Source: Alphaproteobacteria bacterium (GTDB lineage Bacteria; Pseudomonadota; Alphaproteobacteria; JANQMY01). Taken from it: a DNA stretch of 64,000 nucleotides. The number at the start of each line of letters is the position of its first letter. The stretch's first letter is position 1. The notes under the pieces were generated by a model. It saw only the letters and a list, made by a program, of their open reading frames with translations. It did no database searches and was not told where the DNA came from. Positions 1 through 8,869 of this stretch are shown in pieces. Made by a program: the position numbers and the translations under genes. The stretch spans positions 3,107-67,106 of the forward strand of contig CBDDFL010000002.1 of NCBI GenBank assembly GCA_965227095.1, read 5' to 3'.

Positions 1-1
1 G

Positions 2-1414
2 CAGATTCCGACAGTAGACATCCCGGGGCATCAAAAGAGGCCTGTCGTGACTGGTTCTGAGGGGAATGCCGGAGCACGAGCATTGGGCCTAAGAGCCTTA
101 GAGCTCCCCGGGAAGCTCCCCGGCGCGTTAGCAAGTACAGCAGCTACCATTCCGGCTCTAGCGTCCGCAGCGGCTCAGGAAGTGATCGACCCGCTGGTGG
201 GTAAAGAATCGAGCTTTTTGGAGAATGCGCGGCGCGGGCATCAGCATATTATGAACACAGCGCCGTTTCGGCAGGCAGGACAGTTCAGCGACGCGGCGCC
301 AAGCGGAGGCGACATCGTTGCGGGCGGGATGACATTAGCCGATCAGTTTAAGACTATGTCTGCGGGCTTTCGGCCCCCTGCATTCGGGGAGCGCTTCAAG
401 AAGAATAGAGAAGCGGTTCTTGAGAAGACGCTCGACGATGAAAGAAACCACCCATTCGCTACAATGGTAGGGAGGGGGGTTGCTGACGTTGCTGCTTTGT
501 TGGCTTTGAGAGCTCCTCGAGCGAAAGCGAATGTTAGAGCAAACGCAGCCATTCGCTCGGCAAGAGGGGATTCAGTGACGGCGAACGCTCAGCGACTTTC
601 GGACAAGGGCGTTGATCCCACAAGTTTTATGGCGTTTCCCCCTAGTGCAATGAATGCGGTTAAGCGAGAACTCCCCATTGGTTTAAAGCGGGCAGCGGAA
701 ACGGGATCTGAAGCTGCTTTCCTTGCGGCGCTACAAAAGGAAGCGGGTGGGGACCCGGTCGCAGGGCTTATGTTTGGCGCAGGCGGACAGGCTCTAGGTA
801 GCGGTTCGTTGTTCATTGCCTCTTCTATTGGGCGGACAGCGGGTGCATCGATTACTTCTTGGGGGCTCGCGCTAGCCGGAACGATTGCAGCAGCAACGAG
901 TTTCAACACAGAGAGTCCAATCCAAATATTAGAAGGCCAGAACGCCAAGTATGGAACGTTCCTACAGTTAGGTGTTCTTTCTGCCTTAGCCGGCGCGGGG
1001 CGGGTAGGGCAGCCGGGAAGCAAGATGACGAACTCCCATACCCTGTCAATTCTCGGGGAGACAGTTTGGAATGCAGGGCGCAGGGCAACAATCATTGAGA
1101 CGGGTGTGTATGTTTCAAACCAGCTGAAACAAGGAAACCGGCGGCCTGCTGAGGTGTTGAGTGTGCTAGAGCGTAACCCAGACGCTCTAGGGGACACTAT
1201 TAAAAACAGACTAGATCGGGCGTTCAAATCCGGCAAGGGCGAATTCGTTCGGGAAATGAACCGGCTAATGAAAAACGAGACGTTTAACAAAAGGTTGGAC
1301 AAAGCGCTGGAGACTTTGCCCCCATTGCCAAGTGCCTTTGATCCGCCAGCTGAAGTTAATCCTGAGGACGTTCCTGTGAGTCAACAAGACACCCCTCTAT
1401 TACAGGCTGGATGA
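2..1414 (+). CDS. Phage virion protein, possibly a DNA-ejection protein (5' end outside the window)
   Basis: Frame is open from the window edge; Ala/Gly-rich; lies just upstream of the tail fibre, where podoviruses encode ejection proteins. Confidence 0.55.
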   Translation, partial: QIPTVDIPGHQKRPVVTGSEGNAGARALGLRALELPGKLPGALASTAATIPALASAAAQEVIDPLVGKESSFLENARRGHQHIMNTAPFRQAGQFSDAAPSGGDIVAGGMTLADQFKTMSAGFRPPAFGERFKKNREAVLEKTLDDERNHPFATMVGRGVADVAALLALRAPRAKANVRANAAIRSARGDSVTANAQRLSDKGVDPTSFMAFPPSAMNAVKRELPIGLKRAAETGSEAAFLAALQKEAGGDPVAGLMFGAGGQALGSGSLFIASSIGRTAGASITSWGLALAGTIAAATSFNTESPIQILEGQNAKYGTFLQLGVLSALAGAGRVGQPGSKMTNSHTLSILGETVWNAGRRATIIETGVYVSNQLKQGNRRPAEVLSVLERNPDALGDTIKNRLDRAFKSGKGEFVREMNRLMKNETFNKRLDKALETLPPLPSAFDPPAEVNPEDVPVSQQDTPLLQAG

Positions 1415-1568
1415 GAATCCCTGTCCCACATCGTTCTTGAATAACATCTACAACTGGAGACAGCGTTAGCCAAATAAAACCAACTGTTCCCCCGGCGGCG
1501 GCAACAACAATGGCTGCATCTTTGGCCATCTCGAACCAGGTGTACTTTTTAGGCTCGGCGTTGCTCAT
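1356..1568 (-). CDS. Small single-TM protein, antisense moron
   Basis: AAGGAG Shine-Dalgarno 5 nt before the ATG; hydrophobic AAIVVAAAGGTVGFIWLTL segment. Confidence 0.6.
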   Translation of the reverse strand: MSNAEPKKYTWFEMAKDAAIVVAAAGGTVGFIWLTLSPVVDVIQERCGTGILIQPVIEGCLVDSQERPQD

Positions 1569-1613
1569 GGCCGCTCCTTATTGGCATCTCCAAAACAACG
1601 ACACGGTAACTAA

Positions 1614-3215
1614 ATGTCTAACATTGCACAATGGTCGACCACAGCGTCGGGCAATAGCGCTCCTGCGCCCGACGGCTTCCCAGAGGATATGCCCGCCTCT
1701 GGCGTGAATGACGCTGCTCGCGAGGCCATGGCCGCAATAGCGCGGGATTATGAAGACAGACAGGGAAACCTTGTCACCGCTGGGACGGCCACCGCTTATA
1801 CGCTGACGACGAATAACCTGCATGCGGCCCTTGCAGACATAGGCATGCTGGCTTTTCGGGCGCATGTGGCGAACACAGGTTCAGCACCGACCCTCGCAGT
1901 AGACAGCTTAGCGGCAAAAACCATTGTTAAATCTGATGGTTCCGCAATAGGTGCTGGTGATATTGCTCTCAATGGCGTCTATCTCCTCACCTACAATGAG
2001 ACCAACGACGTGTTTCACATTGTCCTTGGGGGCGGTAGTTCCAGCGTTATAACAACGCGCGGGGATATTATTTATGGCAATTCCAGCGGGGAAGCGGCTA
2101 GGCTCGCTATAGGGGCGGCTGATACATACCTTAAGTCAGATGGAACAGACGTTTCCTGGGCTGCTGTAAGTGGAGGCGGTGGCGGCGGTAGTGCCGTGCC
2201 CAACGTCCTGTTCAACGGCGGCTTCATGATAGCCCAGCGCGGGACGTCGTTCGACAGTACCACAAACATTGCGAACAATGACGACACATATCTCTTGGAT
2301 AGGTGGTTGTTGCTATCCGATGGAAATGATGCGGTAGACGTTTCTCAGGAAACCACCACAGTCCCTGTTGGTTCTTTCTCAGCTTGTAAATTAGATGTTG
2401 AAACTGCCAGTAAGAAAGCAGGCCTTCTCCAAATTATCGAGGCTAACAATGCCGAAGCCATTATTGGGGGGTCGTGCTCGCTTTCATTTAAGGCTCGTGC
2501 AGGGGGCTCTAATGCGACAGTGGACAAGCTGCGCGCGGCGGTTCTGTCCTGGGACGGTACAGCGGACACGGTTACCAGTGACGTTGTGAGCGCCTGGAAC
2601 GGGGAGGGCGCAGACCCCACCCTCGTTGCGAATTGGACATACGAAAACACACCAAGTGATTTAACGCTTACCTCCAGCTATCAGACTTTCAGTATTGAGA
2701 ATATTTCCATTGATACGGCGTCCACAACCAATGTGGCAGTGTTTATTTGGATCGATAATTCAGACGGGACGGTTGGGGATCTTGTGTACATTACAGACGT
2801 GAACCTGGTGAGCGGCGAAAGCGCCCAAACCTATTACCCCCGGCCATTTGCTCAAGACTTAGCTCTTTGCCAGCGGTACTTTTCCAAAAACTTCCCCTAC
2901 GACGACGCCCCCGCCTCGGAAGTCGCCGATAGCTTCGATTTGGGCTACGCACAGTCCGCCTCAGAAATTCGATACTTCCTCTTTTGGCCGCAAGAAATGG
3001 TGGCGGCACCTTCGGTGACGCTTTACGCGCCGGTTTCGGGGACGCCGACGGGTTCTCAGTGGGTCTACACCCGTTCTGGCACGGCTTACAACGGCGCGGC
3101 CACGGTTGTTTCAACCAACGCATCCGGCGCTCAATTTAACATCGCGGCGTCAAGTCTTGGAGTCGACAACGCCTCGAAACTCAACGGTATGTGGATCGCA
3201 GACGCGGAGCTTTAG
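1614..3215 (+). CDS. Phage tail fibre / receptor-binding protein
   Basis: N-terminal QWSTTASGN...FPE..PASGVNDAARE head typical of alphaproteobacterial podophage fibres; TTRGDIIY..ARLAIGA repeat; Gly linker; NGGFMIAQRG..DRW and DLALCQRYF motifs. Confidence 0.85.
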   Translation: MSNIAQWSTTASGNSAPAPDGFPEDMPASGVNDAAREAMAAIARDYEDRQGNLVTAGTATAYTLTTNNLHAALADIGMLAFRAHVANTGSAPTLAVDSLAAKTIVKSDGSAIGAGDIALNGVYLLTYNETNDVFHIVLGGGSSSVITTRGDIIYGNSSGEAARLAIGAADTYLKSDGTDVSWAAVSGGGGGGSAVPNVLFNGGFMIAQRGTSFDSTTNIANNDDTYLLDRWLLLSDGNDAVDVSQETTTVPVGSFSACKLDVETASKKAGLLQIIEANNAEAIIGGSCSLSFKARAGGSNATVDKLRAAVLSWDGTADTVTSDVVSAWNGEGADPTLVANWTYENTPSDLTLTSSYQTFSIENISIDTASTTNVAVFIWIDNSDGTVGDLVYITDVNLVSGESAQTYYPRPFAQDLALCQRYFSKNFPYDDAPASEVADSFDLGYAQSASEIRYFLFWPQEMVAAPSVTLYAPVSGTPTGSQWVYTRSGTAYNGAATVVSTNASGAQFNIAASSLGVDNASKLNGMWIADAEL

Positions 3216-3728
3216 ATGGCACAATACACAGACGAGACAAAGACAGTCATTGAGGCAGGTGGCCGGTTTATCCCCGTAGATCCGAGAAACAAGGACTATC
3301 GCCGGCTGATTGCGAGCGGCGTTGTCGTTAGCGATGCACCTGTGAACCTTCCCGAAGAGAAAGCGGCGCTTAAGGCGCTGGTTGACGAAAACGCTGAGCA
3401 GGTACGTCTTCAATTCATCACGCCGGGGTTCGGGCAGAACATGGTGTATCTGCAGAAGTGGGAGCAAGCGAAAGTGGCGGTTCAAGAGACCGGAGACATT
3501 CCTGTTGGTAAGTATCCTTTTCTAGATGCTGAAGTTTCCATTACCGCGGACACGATAAAAGAGGTCGCCCAAATTATTGTCGATACGGCGGATCAGTGGA
3601 TTGATATCGCCGCCACTATTGAGAACAAGCGCCAGACGGCGAAGAAAAACATTGACGCAGCTACGACAGTAAAAGACGCCAAGACGGCGTCCAAAGTGGA
3701 CTGGCGCGCGGTGCTACCAAGACGGTAA
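3216..3728 (+). CDS. Phage tail-fibre assembly/chaperone-like protein
   Basis: Directly follows the fibre; FIPVDPRNKDY and VYLQKWEQA..YPFLDAE..W..IE..R pattern. Confidence 0.7.
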   Translation: MAQYTDETKTVIEAGGRFIPVDPRNKDYRRLIASGVVVSDAPVNLPEEKAALKALVDENAEQVRLQFITPGFGQNMVYLQKWEQAKVAVQETGDIPVGKYPFLDAEVSITADTIKEVAQIIVDTADQWIDIAATIENKRQTAKKNIDAATTVKDAKTASKVDWRAVLPRR

Positions 3729-3730
3729 GT

Positions 3731-4429
3731 GTGAGACACATCAACGAAGCCGGCCTTCGAATTCTAAAAGAGTTTGAGGGTTTAGAGCTTGAAGCCTATC
3801 GAGACATTGTCGGTGTTCTAACCATTGGATACGGCCACACCAAGAATGTTGTCGAAGGACAGATTATCTCTGAGGAGCAGGCGGACGAACTTCTTCGGGA
3901 AGACCTTCACTGGGCGCAGGAAGCGGTAGAGAAGCTTGTTACCGTAGAACTGTCCGAGAACGAGTACTCCGCTCTTGTGTCTCTCATGTTCAACATCGGT
4001 GAGACACAGTTCGCCAAGTCCACCATGCTCAAGCGGTTGAACCGCGGAGAGTTCGCCTCCGCTGGTGAAGCTCTTGAATGGTTCCGAAAGGGAAAGGTTG
4101 ACGGGAAGCTTGTCGAAATCCCGGGCCTTATCAGGCGCAGGGCCGCCGAACGCAAATTATTCATGCACGACAGAAAGCAGATGGGGCTGGATACCCCAAG
4201 AAAGGTTGAGCCAATGAAAGGCTGGCGCACCATTGGATACAACGTCTTGCTGTTTCTCCTCATGTTTGTGGTGGACCAGCTTCAAACCGTTGTCCCCGCA
4301 GAAAAAGCAAGCATGCACCAAATACTAACAGCCCTAGAGGCGCAGTTACAGGCGGCGTGGCTTGCCGGCAACGTGGCCTTGAGAGCCATGACAGACACCC
4401 CATTGGGTAAGAAATCAAACGGAGATTAA
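3731..4429 (+). CDS. Phage endolysin (GH24 lysozyme) with C-terminal hydrophobic extension
   Basis: FEGLELEAYRDIVGVLTIGYGHT (E-x8-D-x5-T triad); FNIG and GLIRRRAAE motifs. Confidence 0.93.
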   Translation: MRHINEAGLRILKEFEGLELEAYRDIVGVLTIGYGHTKNVVEGQIISEEQADELLREDLHWAQEAVEKLVTVELSENEYSALVSLMFNIGETQFAKSTMLKRLNRGEFASAGEALEWFRKGKVDGKLVEIPGLIRRRAAERKLFMHDRKQMGLDTPRKVEPMKGWRTIGYNVLLFLLMFVVDQLQTVVPAEKASMHQILTALEAQLQAAWLAGNVALRAMTDTPLGKKSNGD

Positions 4430-4431
4430 AC

Positions 4432-4764
4432 ATGCGAAAATTTGGACTGATGGCTGCCGTCATGGCGGCTTTTTTATTGGGCGGGTGTCAAACCATAACC
4501 GACACCCTAGAGCGGATTGACCCGTTTAAAGAGACGGACAGTGTACTGAAGTATTGCGAGGTCTATGAATTCGAATTGAACGTTCTCGCCACGCTGATCG
4601 AACAAGAAAAGCTGACGGTGGAACACATCGCCGTTGCCGACAAAGCGATCGAGGTGATCGGGCCTGTGTGCACACAGCCCTCGCCGCCGAACAACAAGGA
4701 AACCATTCTCATTGTGAAGAAGAACATCGAGGTTCTAACCGGCCTTAGAGAGGAAGTGGAATAA
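4432..4764 (+). CDS. Phage lipoprotein
   Basis: Signal peptide MRKFGLMAAVMAAFLLGG-C with lipobox; GGAGA RBS. Confidence 0.75.
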   Translation: MRKFGLMAAVMAAFLLGGCQTITDTLERIDPFKETDSVLKYCEVYEFELNVLATLIEQEKLTVEHIAVADKAIEVIGPVCTQPSPPNNKETILIVKKNIEVLTGLREEVE

Positions 4765-5012
4765 TGTGGCATAAACTTGTCATCGGCCTGCTGAGTGTAA
4801 TTGTTTCGCAGCGCGATAGCCTGGGCAAATCATTTGCGGGTTCAGTAACGCTGGACGGTCTAAAATTCATTCGGGACAGCCTGGAACTTCTTTACAAAGG
4901 CGAACTGTCCGAAGAAGAGCTCATTGAGTATTGGCGGTCGCAAGGGTTTCAGATTGAAGAGGCCCGCGCCCGTTACGAAAGGGCGAAGGCAGAGTTTCTC
5001 GCGGAACAATGA
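4764..5012 (+). CDS. Hypothetical phage protein
   Basis: Translationally coupled to both neighbours (TAATG and ATGA overlaps). Confidence 0.65.
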   Translation: MWHKLVIGLLSVIVSQRDSLGKSFAGSVTLDGLKFIRDSLELLYKGELSEEELIEYWRSQGFQIEEARARYERAKAEFLAEQ

Positions 5013-5251
5013 TCGCGGGAATCATACGAGGTGTTGCGTCGGCGGTCATCCTGTGGGTCTGGTCGCCGATCTCACATTGGCTGAAGGTTCGACGAGCGCT
5101 CAAAACTGCGGAGCTGAAACGTGAAAACAAAGACCTTAAGAAAAAACTCAAACGCATCACGGATGCAGCCCAGATTGAAGATGATATTGACGCTCTGTCT
5201 GATGACGAGCTTCGTGAGCGCATGCGGAACTCACCGTACAGACGAGATTGA
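5009..5251 (+). CDS. Putative i-spanin (Rz-like)
   Basis: N-terminal TM helix followed by a coiled-coil; overlapped by a lipoprotein gene in another frame. Confidence 0.6.
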   Translation: MIAGIIRGVASAVILWVWSPISHWLKVRRALKTAELKRENKDLKKKLKRITDAAQIEDDIDALSDDELRERMRNSPYRRD

Positions 5252-5360
5252 CGCCTGTGCAGGTTTTCGGCCATTGACGTTCTCTTCCAAGGATACTGAG
5301 GAAACACGCCGCGAGATCGAAAAGCACAACACCAAGTACGAGAAGTTTTGTAATGAGTAA
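5163..5360 (+). CDS. Putative o-spanin (Rz1-like lipoprotein)
   Basis: MQPRLKMILTLCLMTSFVSA-C lipobox; starts inside the i-spanin candidate; start could also be 5181. Confidence 0.6.
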   Translation: MQPRLKMILTLCLMTSFVSACGTHRTDEIDACAGFRPLTFSSKDTEETRREIEKHNTKYEKFCNE

Positions 5361-5670
5361 CGCCGATACGCAAACAGAGCCGCGTTTTGCGAATTTTGAA
5401 CGTCATTTCAACACGATAATTGGCATCATCATCGCGGCGCTGTTGGGCTGGTTTGGGCTGACAACTCAGAACATGTCCGTTCGCCTGGCTGTTGTGGAAA
5501 GCTCCATGAGCCAACTAACCATTCAGGTGTCTAGACTGCGTGAGGCGACAAACGACCGGTACACATCACGCGAGGCCGTGGAGGACAAGGCGGCGCTTCA
5601 ACGGGAAATCGACCGCCTGGAAATCAGGGTCAATGACCTTGAGCAACGGGTGCGTAAGACCGGTCAATAA
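5353..5670 (+). CDS. Single-TM coiled-coil phage protein (holin-like/lysis-associated)
   Basis: TIIGIIIAALLGWFGL TM segment and heptad C-terminus; last gene of the lysis block. Confidence 0.55.
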   Translation: MSNADTQTEPRFANFERHFNTIIGIIIAALLGWFGLTTQNMSVRLAVVESSMSQLTIQVSRLREATNDRYTSREAVEDKAALQREIDRLEIRVNDLEQRVRKTGQ

Positions 5671-6050
5671 TCTCCACACCAATCTGTCTGCTTACCGTCA
5701 TATGTGGTCGCGAGGCCTTCGGCAATCAACCGCTCGGCAACGTTCTCGTCACCAACATAGATTTCGGCCAAGGTGCGTCCATAGCGATCCTTGCCCCTCT
5801 CCAGCCCCTTCCTAACCACCTTCACCTCATCAATCCAGCGCTTAAGATAGAGCGTTGCGCGTTCGCCCAGCATCTGTTCGGCCAGGCATTCGGGATTGTT
5901 GGTCTCGGGCGTATCAAGCCCTAGGATTCGGATCTTTTCATCGCCGATCCAGATCGTATCGCCGTCCACGACTTTGATTTCAATATCTGCGGTGGCGGCT
6001 GATATTGAGAAGAACGTCAAACAACAAATCAGTGTTACAATCGGTTTCAT
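5664..6050 (-). CDS. Secreted thermonuclease (SNase family)
   Basis: Signal peptide; VVDGDTI, RILGLDTPE, DRYGRTLA and LIAEGLA motifs. Confidence 0.9.
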   Translation of the reverse strand: MKPIVTLICCLTFFSISAATADIEIKVVDGDTIWIGDEKIRILGLDTPETNNPECLAEQMLGERATLYLKRWIDEVKVVRKGLERGKDRYGRTLAEIYVGDENVAERLIAEGLATTYDGKQTDWCGDY

Positions 6051-6285
6051 GCCGACCCTCCGAGATTTCAGTGACTACCGTATCAACATCGAATGCCTCA
6101 ATAGAGGCTGCCACAAGATCGTGGACAATGCAGACCCTCACACCCTCCCGTTAGACATGGAGATATCGGAGCTGGAAAAGAGGCTCCGCTGTAAGGCCTG
6201 CGGCCATGTGGGCGCTAAGGTGTTTATGAATGTTCGGGCGGCAACGGCGAATAGGCCCAGTGGGTCATGTATCGGATCTGAATGA
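6049..6285 (+). CDS. Small putative zinc-binding protein
   Basis: CxxxxC...LRCKACG pattern in MPTLRDF...; ATG overlaps the divergent nuclease start. Confidence 0.55.
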   Translation: MPTLRDFSDYRINIECLNRGCHKIVDNADPHTLPLDMEISELEKRLRCKACGHVGAKVFMNVRAATANRPSGSCIGSE

Positions 6286-6448
6286 ATTCAGTCCCAGACC
6301 TTGAGATTAAAAGTGTATCGTTAGCAGGGTCTCTCATGCAATCGACAACGCGATATTGCCCTTGGACGGGGTGATCGATCCACACGTCACAAGTCCCATT
6401 TTCATCCCGATATTCAGCGTCAAATACTCTAGCAGGACGCCATTCCAT
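6224..6448 (-). CDS. Phage hypothetical protein (DUF551-like)
   Basis: MEWRP...THWAYSPLPP resembles the MEW...THWMPLPEPP family. Confidence 0.55.
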   Translation of the reverse strand: MEWRPARVFDAEYRDENGTCDVWIDHPVQGQYRVVDCMRDPANDTLLISRSGTEFIQIRYMTHWAYSPLPPEHS

Positions 6449-6492
6449 TCATCCACTCCTTTCAGGCGCGCGGGGGCGCCTCTTCTGTCCAC

Positions 6493-6768
6493 CTACTCAC
6501 CTCCAGCGGGGCTAGGGGCCGCCGCTTCTAAATGCGCCTTGAAAGCTAATTTCTTTCCGTCGTCAGTGGCGAAATAGATTTTGTGGGTTCCTGTTGGGAA
6601 CTTATTGATCTGCACGTCCATTAGACCCATCTTCACCAAGGCCTTCAGATCGTCGTCTCGCCTGTGCGCCTCGCCAGTCACGAAGCGATTCCGGTATGAT
6701 TGCCTGGCTTGATTCAGCCCCAATGTGTGAAACAAAACCTCCATTTGGCTGGCGCTAACTTCACTCAT
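6493..6768 (-). CDS. Phage hypothetical protein
   Basis: HTLGL..SYRNRFVTG..LVKMGLM..YFATDDG pattern; GGAGG RBS; ATGA overlap with the upstream gene. Confidence 0.65.
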   Translation of the reverse strand: MSEVSASQMEVLFHTLGLNQARQSYRNRFVTGEAHRRDDDLKALVKMGLMDVQINKFPTGTHKIYFATDDGKKLAFKAHLEAAAPSPAGGE

Positions 6769-7118
6769 CCCCCACCTCCACCGCGCTTGGGGGTGTCTAG
6801 TACCTTTGCATTGACGAAAATGCTTTCTAAGCGGCTCCATTCTTCCTTTGTGAACGGTTTCATAATGCCACCACGATAGTCGTCGCGGGGGTAAAGCTGA
6901 TCGTATCCAGCTACAGATCCGCCGTATCGAATAGAGTCAACGTAGTCGAACTCATTGCAGTCATTGAAGATGATCACTTCAAACTTACCGACGTCAAAGA
7001 CGCAGTTTCCAGCAAACACATCTTCCCAATTTGTTAGGGCTTTAACTTCCAGCTTGCCGTCCAGTACGTCACGGAAGCAGGATGCGGCCTTATCGATAGA
7101 GAGTGCTTTCCAGCTCAT
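6765..7118 (-). CDS. Phage hypothetical protein
   Basis: 117-aa ORF with GGAGG RBS, coupled to neighbours. Confidence 0.65.
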   Translation of the reverse strand: MSWKALSIDKAASCFRDVLDGKLEVKALTNWEDVFAGNCVFDVGKFEVIIFNDCNEFDYVDSIRYGGSVAGYDQLYPRDDYRGGIMKPFTKEEWSRLESIFVNAKVLDTPKRGGGGG

Positions 7119-7211
7119 CTCAAACCTCCCCAGAACGGTTAGCGAGCGTTCCCACTTTTCCTGTTTTGTTTACGTTCCATTCCGCCTTGAGAGTCGGAAC
7201 GGGGCGTTGTT

Positions 7212-8468
7212 TTAAAAGGGTTTGCGACTGGCCGTGCCTGAGGGAATCGGCGGCGCGACAGAGGCCATTGCGATGCTCTCGACGAGCGGCGTGGGATGTT
7301 CCTGCGCGCCTGCGATCTCGATCCGCTGCGGGCGGTAGCGCGCATAGATGTCCGAGACGGGCGTGTTGTCGCGCGGGATATCAAGGCTCTTGAAAGTGAG
7401 CGGGACAACGGCATTGGCCCGAGATTTGGAGGCGGCGACAGGCGCAGCGGCGGTCTTGCCCGGGGCAAATGATGCAACGGTCGGCCGAGCAGGAGTAACC
7501 GCTGCCGCCCGTTGTGCGGGGCGCGCCTTGGTCCGGGTTGCGGCCAGTTCGTCGCAAAAAGGAAGGGCTTCCTCCAGATCCTGCACAGGGACGCGGATCA
7601 GCTCGCCGTCCTCCTGCACCTTGTCGAAGACCATCAGCTGGGTTTCTACAGAGGTGCCGAGCTTGCGATAGACCTGTCCCGGCATCGTGAGTGCCAAGCG
7701 CGGCGTGAGGAGGCCGCAGACGCGTGACCAATGCGCGGCATCGCGCTCTGGGCTGAACCCCGGCGGCATGATCGCCACCAGCCGCCCCCCGGGCGCGAGG
7801 CGCTTCGCGGCAGCGATGAGATGCTTGGCCGCGATGTGCTTATCCCTAGACCGATCGATCGAAGAGGCGAAGGGCGGGTTCATCACCACGACGTCGGGAA
7901 GGACCGGTGTCTGCAGCAGATCGTCGATATGCTCACCATCGTGACCCGTCACCTCGCCCCCGAAGACCGCGCGCAGGAGACGCTTGCGAAAGGGGTCGAT
8001 CTCGTTGAGCAAAAGCTTGGCGCCGGCGCGGGAGGCGAAAACGGCCAGGGCACCGGTGCCAGCCGACGGCTCGAGCACGGTTTCCCCCTCGCGGATCGCA
8101 GCCGCCCGCACGGCCAAAGCCGCGAAGTGCAGCGGCGTGGAGAATTGCTGCAGCCTGATCTGCTGCTCGGAGCGGCGCGTCTCCGTAAGGAGCCGCGAGG
8201 CGAGCAGCTTTGCAGCGGCAATGCCACCCTCGGTGCCGTCTCGACGCAGCAGCACCTGAACAGCCGCAGCCTGCATCAGGTCATAGGCCATGCGCCAGTC
8301 CCACGCGCCACTGGCATCGCTGCCGCCGAACGCCTCCCGCATGATATGGGCAAGCGCCGAACTGCGCAGGGGCTGGTGATCAATCTCCGCTCCCATCTGC
8401 CTCATAGCGGTGGAAAGATCGGGATCGGAGACGGTAAGAACTGGGTTTGGTGGGGTTAGCTTGGCCAT
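7212..8468 (-). pseudogene. N-terminal methylase domain of a plasmid methylase/strawberry-notch helicase protein, truncated at ~7227
   Basis: QQFSTP, VLEPSAGTGAL and NPPF MTase motifs; HPTPLVESIAMASVAPP start of the notch domain, then an abrupt RKPF-stop in phage DNA. Confidence 0.85.
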
Positions 8469-8578
8469 GGGGTTTGTCCTTTGGATCAGGGTCTGAGTTC
8501 CAAAGGACAAAAAGCCCCCTCTACACTTTCGAGGCGCAGAGGGGGCGCATGTTCATTAGCGAGTGGCCAGCGTTCTGG

Positions 8579-8869
8579 TCATGGCCATAACTGCGCGGCA
8601 TGAAGAATGCGCAGAATGGTCACTATCTCCGGGCTTTCGGCATACACCACGATGTAGTTCGGACGGACGACCATTTCCCGGGTGCCTTCGACACGGCCTA
8701 TCCGGTACATTTGAGGATGCTCTGGCAGCCGAGACGTCTTTTGCTCGATCTCGTCTTTGAGAGACTGTGCGGCGTCGGGGTTGTCGTCGGAAATGTAGTC
8801 AATGATTGCCAACAGATCGGCGATGGCCGTGGCTTTCCATTCAAGATCGGGCCCATCAAGATTTGGCAA
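8579..8869 (-). CDS. Type II TA toxin, RelE/ParE family
   Basis: LEWKATAIADL..IIDYISDDNP..GRVEGTREMVVRPNYIVVY..ILRILH; TTG start overlaps the antitoxin end. Confidence 0.9.
   Translation of the reverse strand: MPNLDGPDLEWKATAIADLLAIIDYISDDNPDAAQSLKDEIEQKTSRLPEHPQMYRIGRVEGTREMVVRPNYIVVYAESPEIVTILRILHAAQLWP

Larger units (their letters stand above)
1..7226. mobile_element. Tailed phage/prophage segment (tail, lysis and small early-type genes)
   Basis: Tail fibre, tail-fibre assembly protein, GH24 lysozyme, spanin-like pair and tightly overlapping small ORFs; visibly more AT-rich than the DNA after ~7227. Confidence 0.9.

Noticed and set aside
1614-3215. Tail fibre as a DGR or invertase target
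   Set aside because: No reverse transcriptase, template repeat or nearby invertase sites seen
7139-7477. 112-aa minus-strand ORF spanning the junction
   Set aside because: Chimeric frame: out-of-frame plasmid DNA joined to phage DNA
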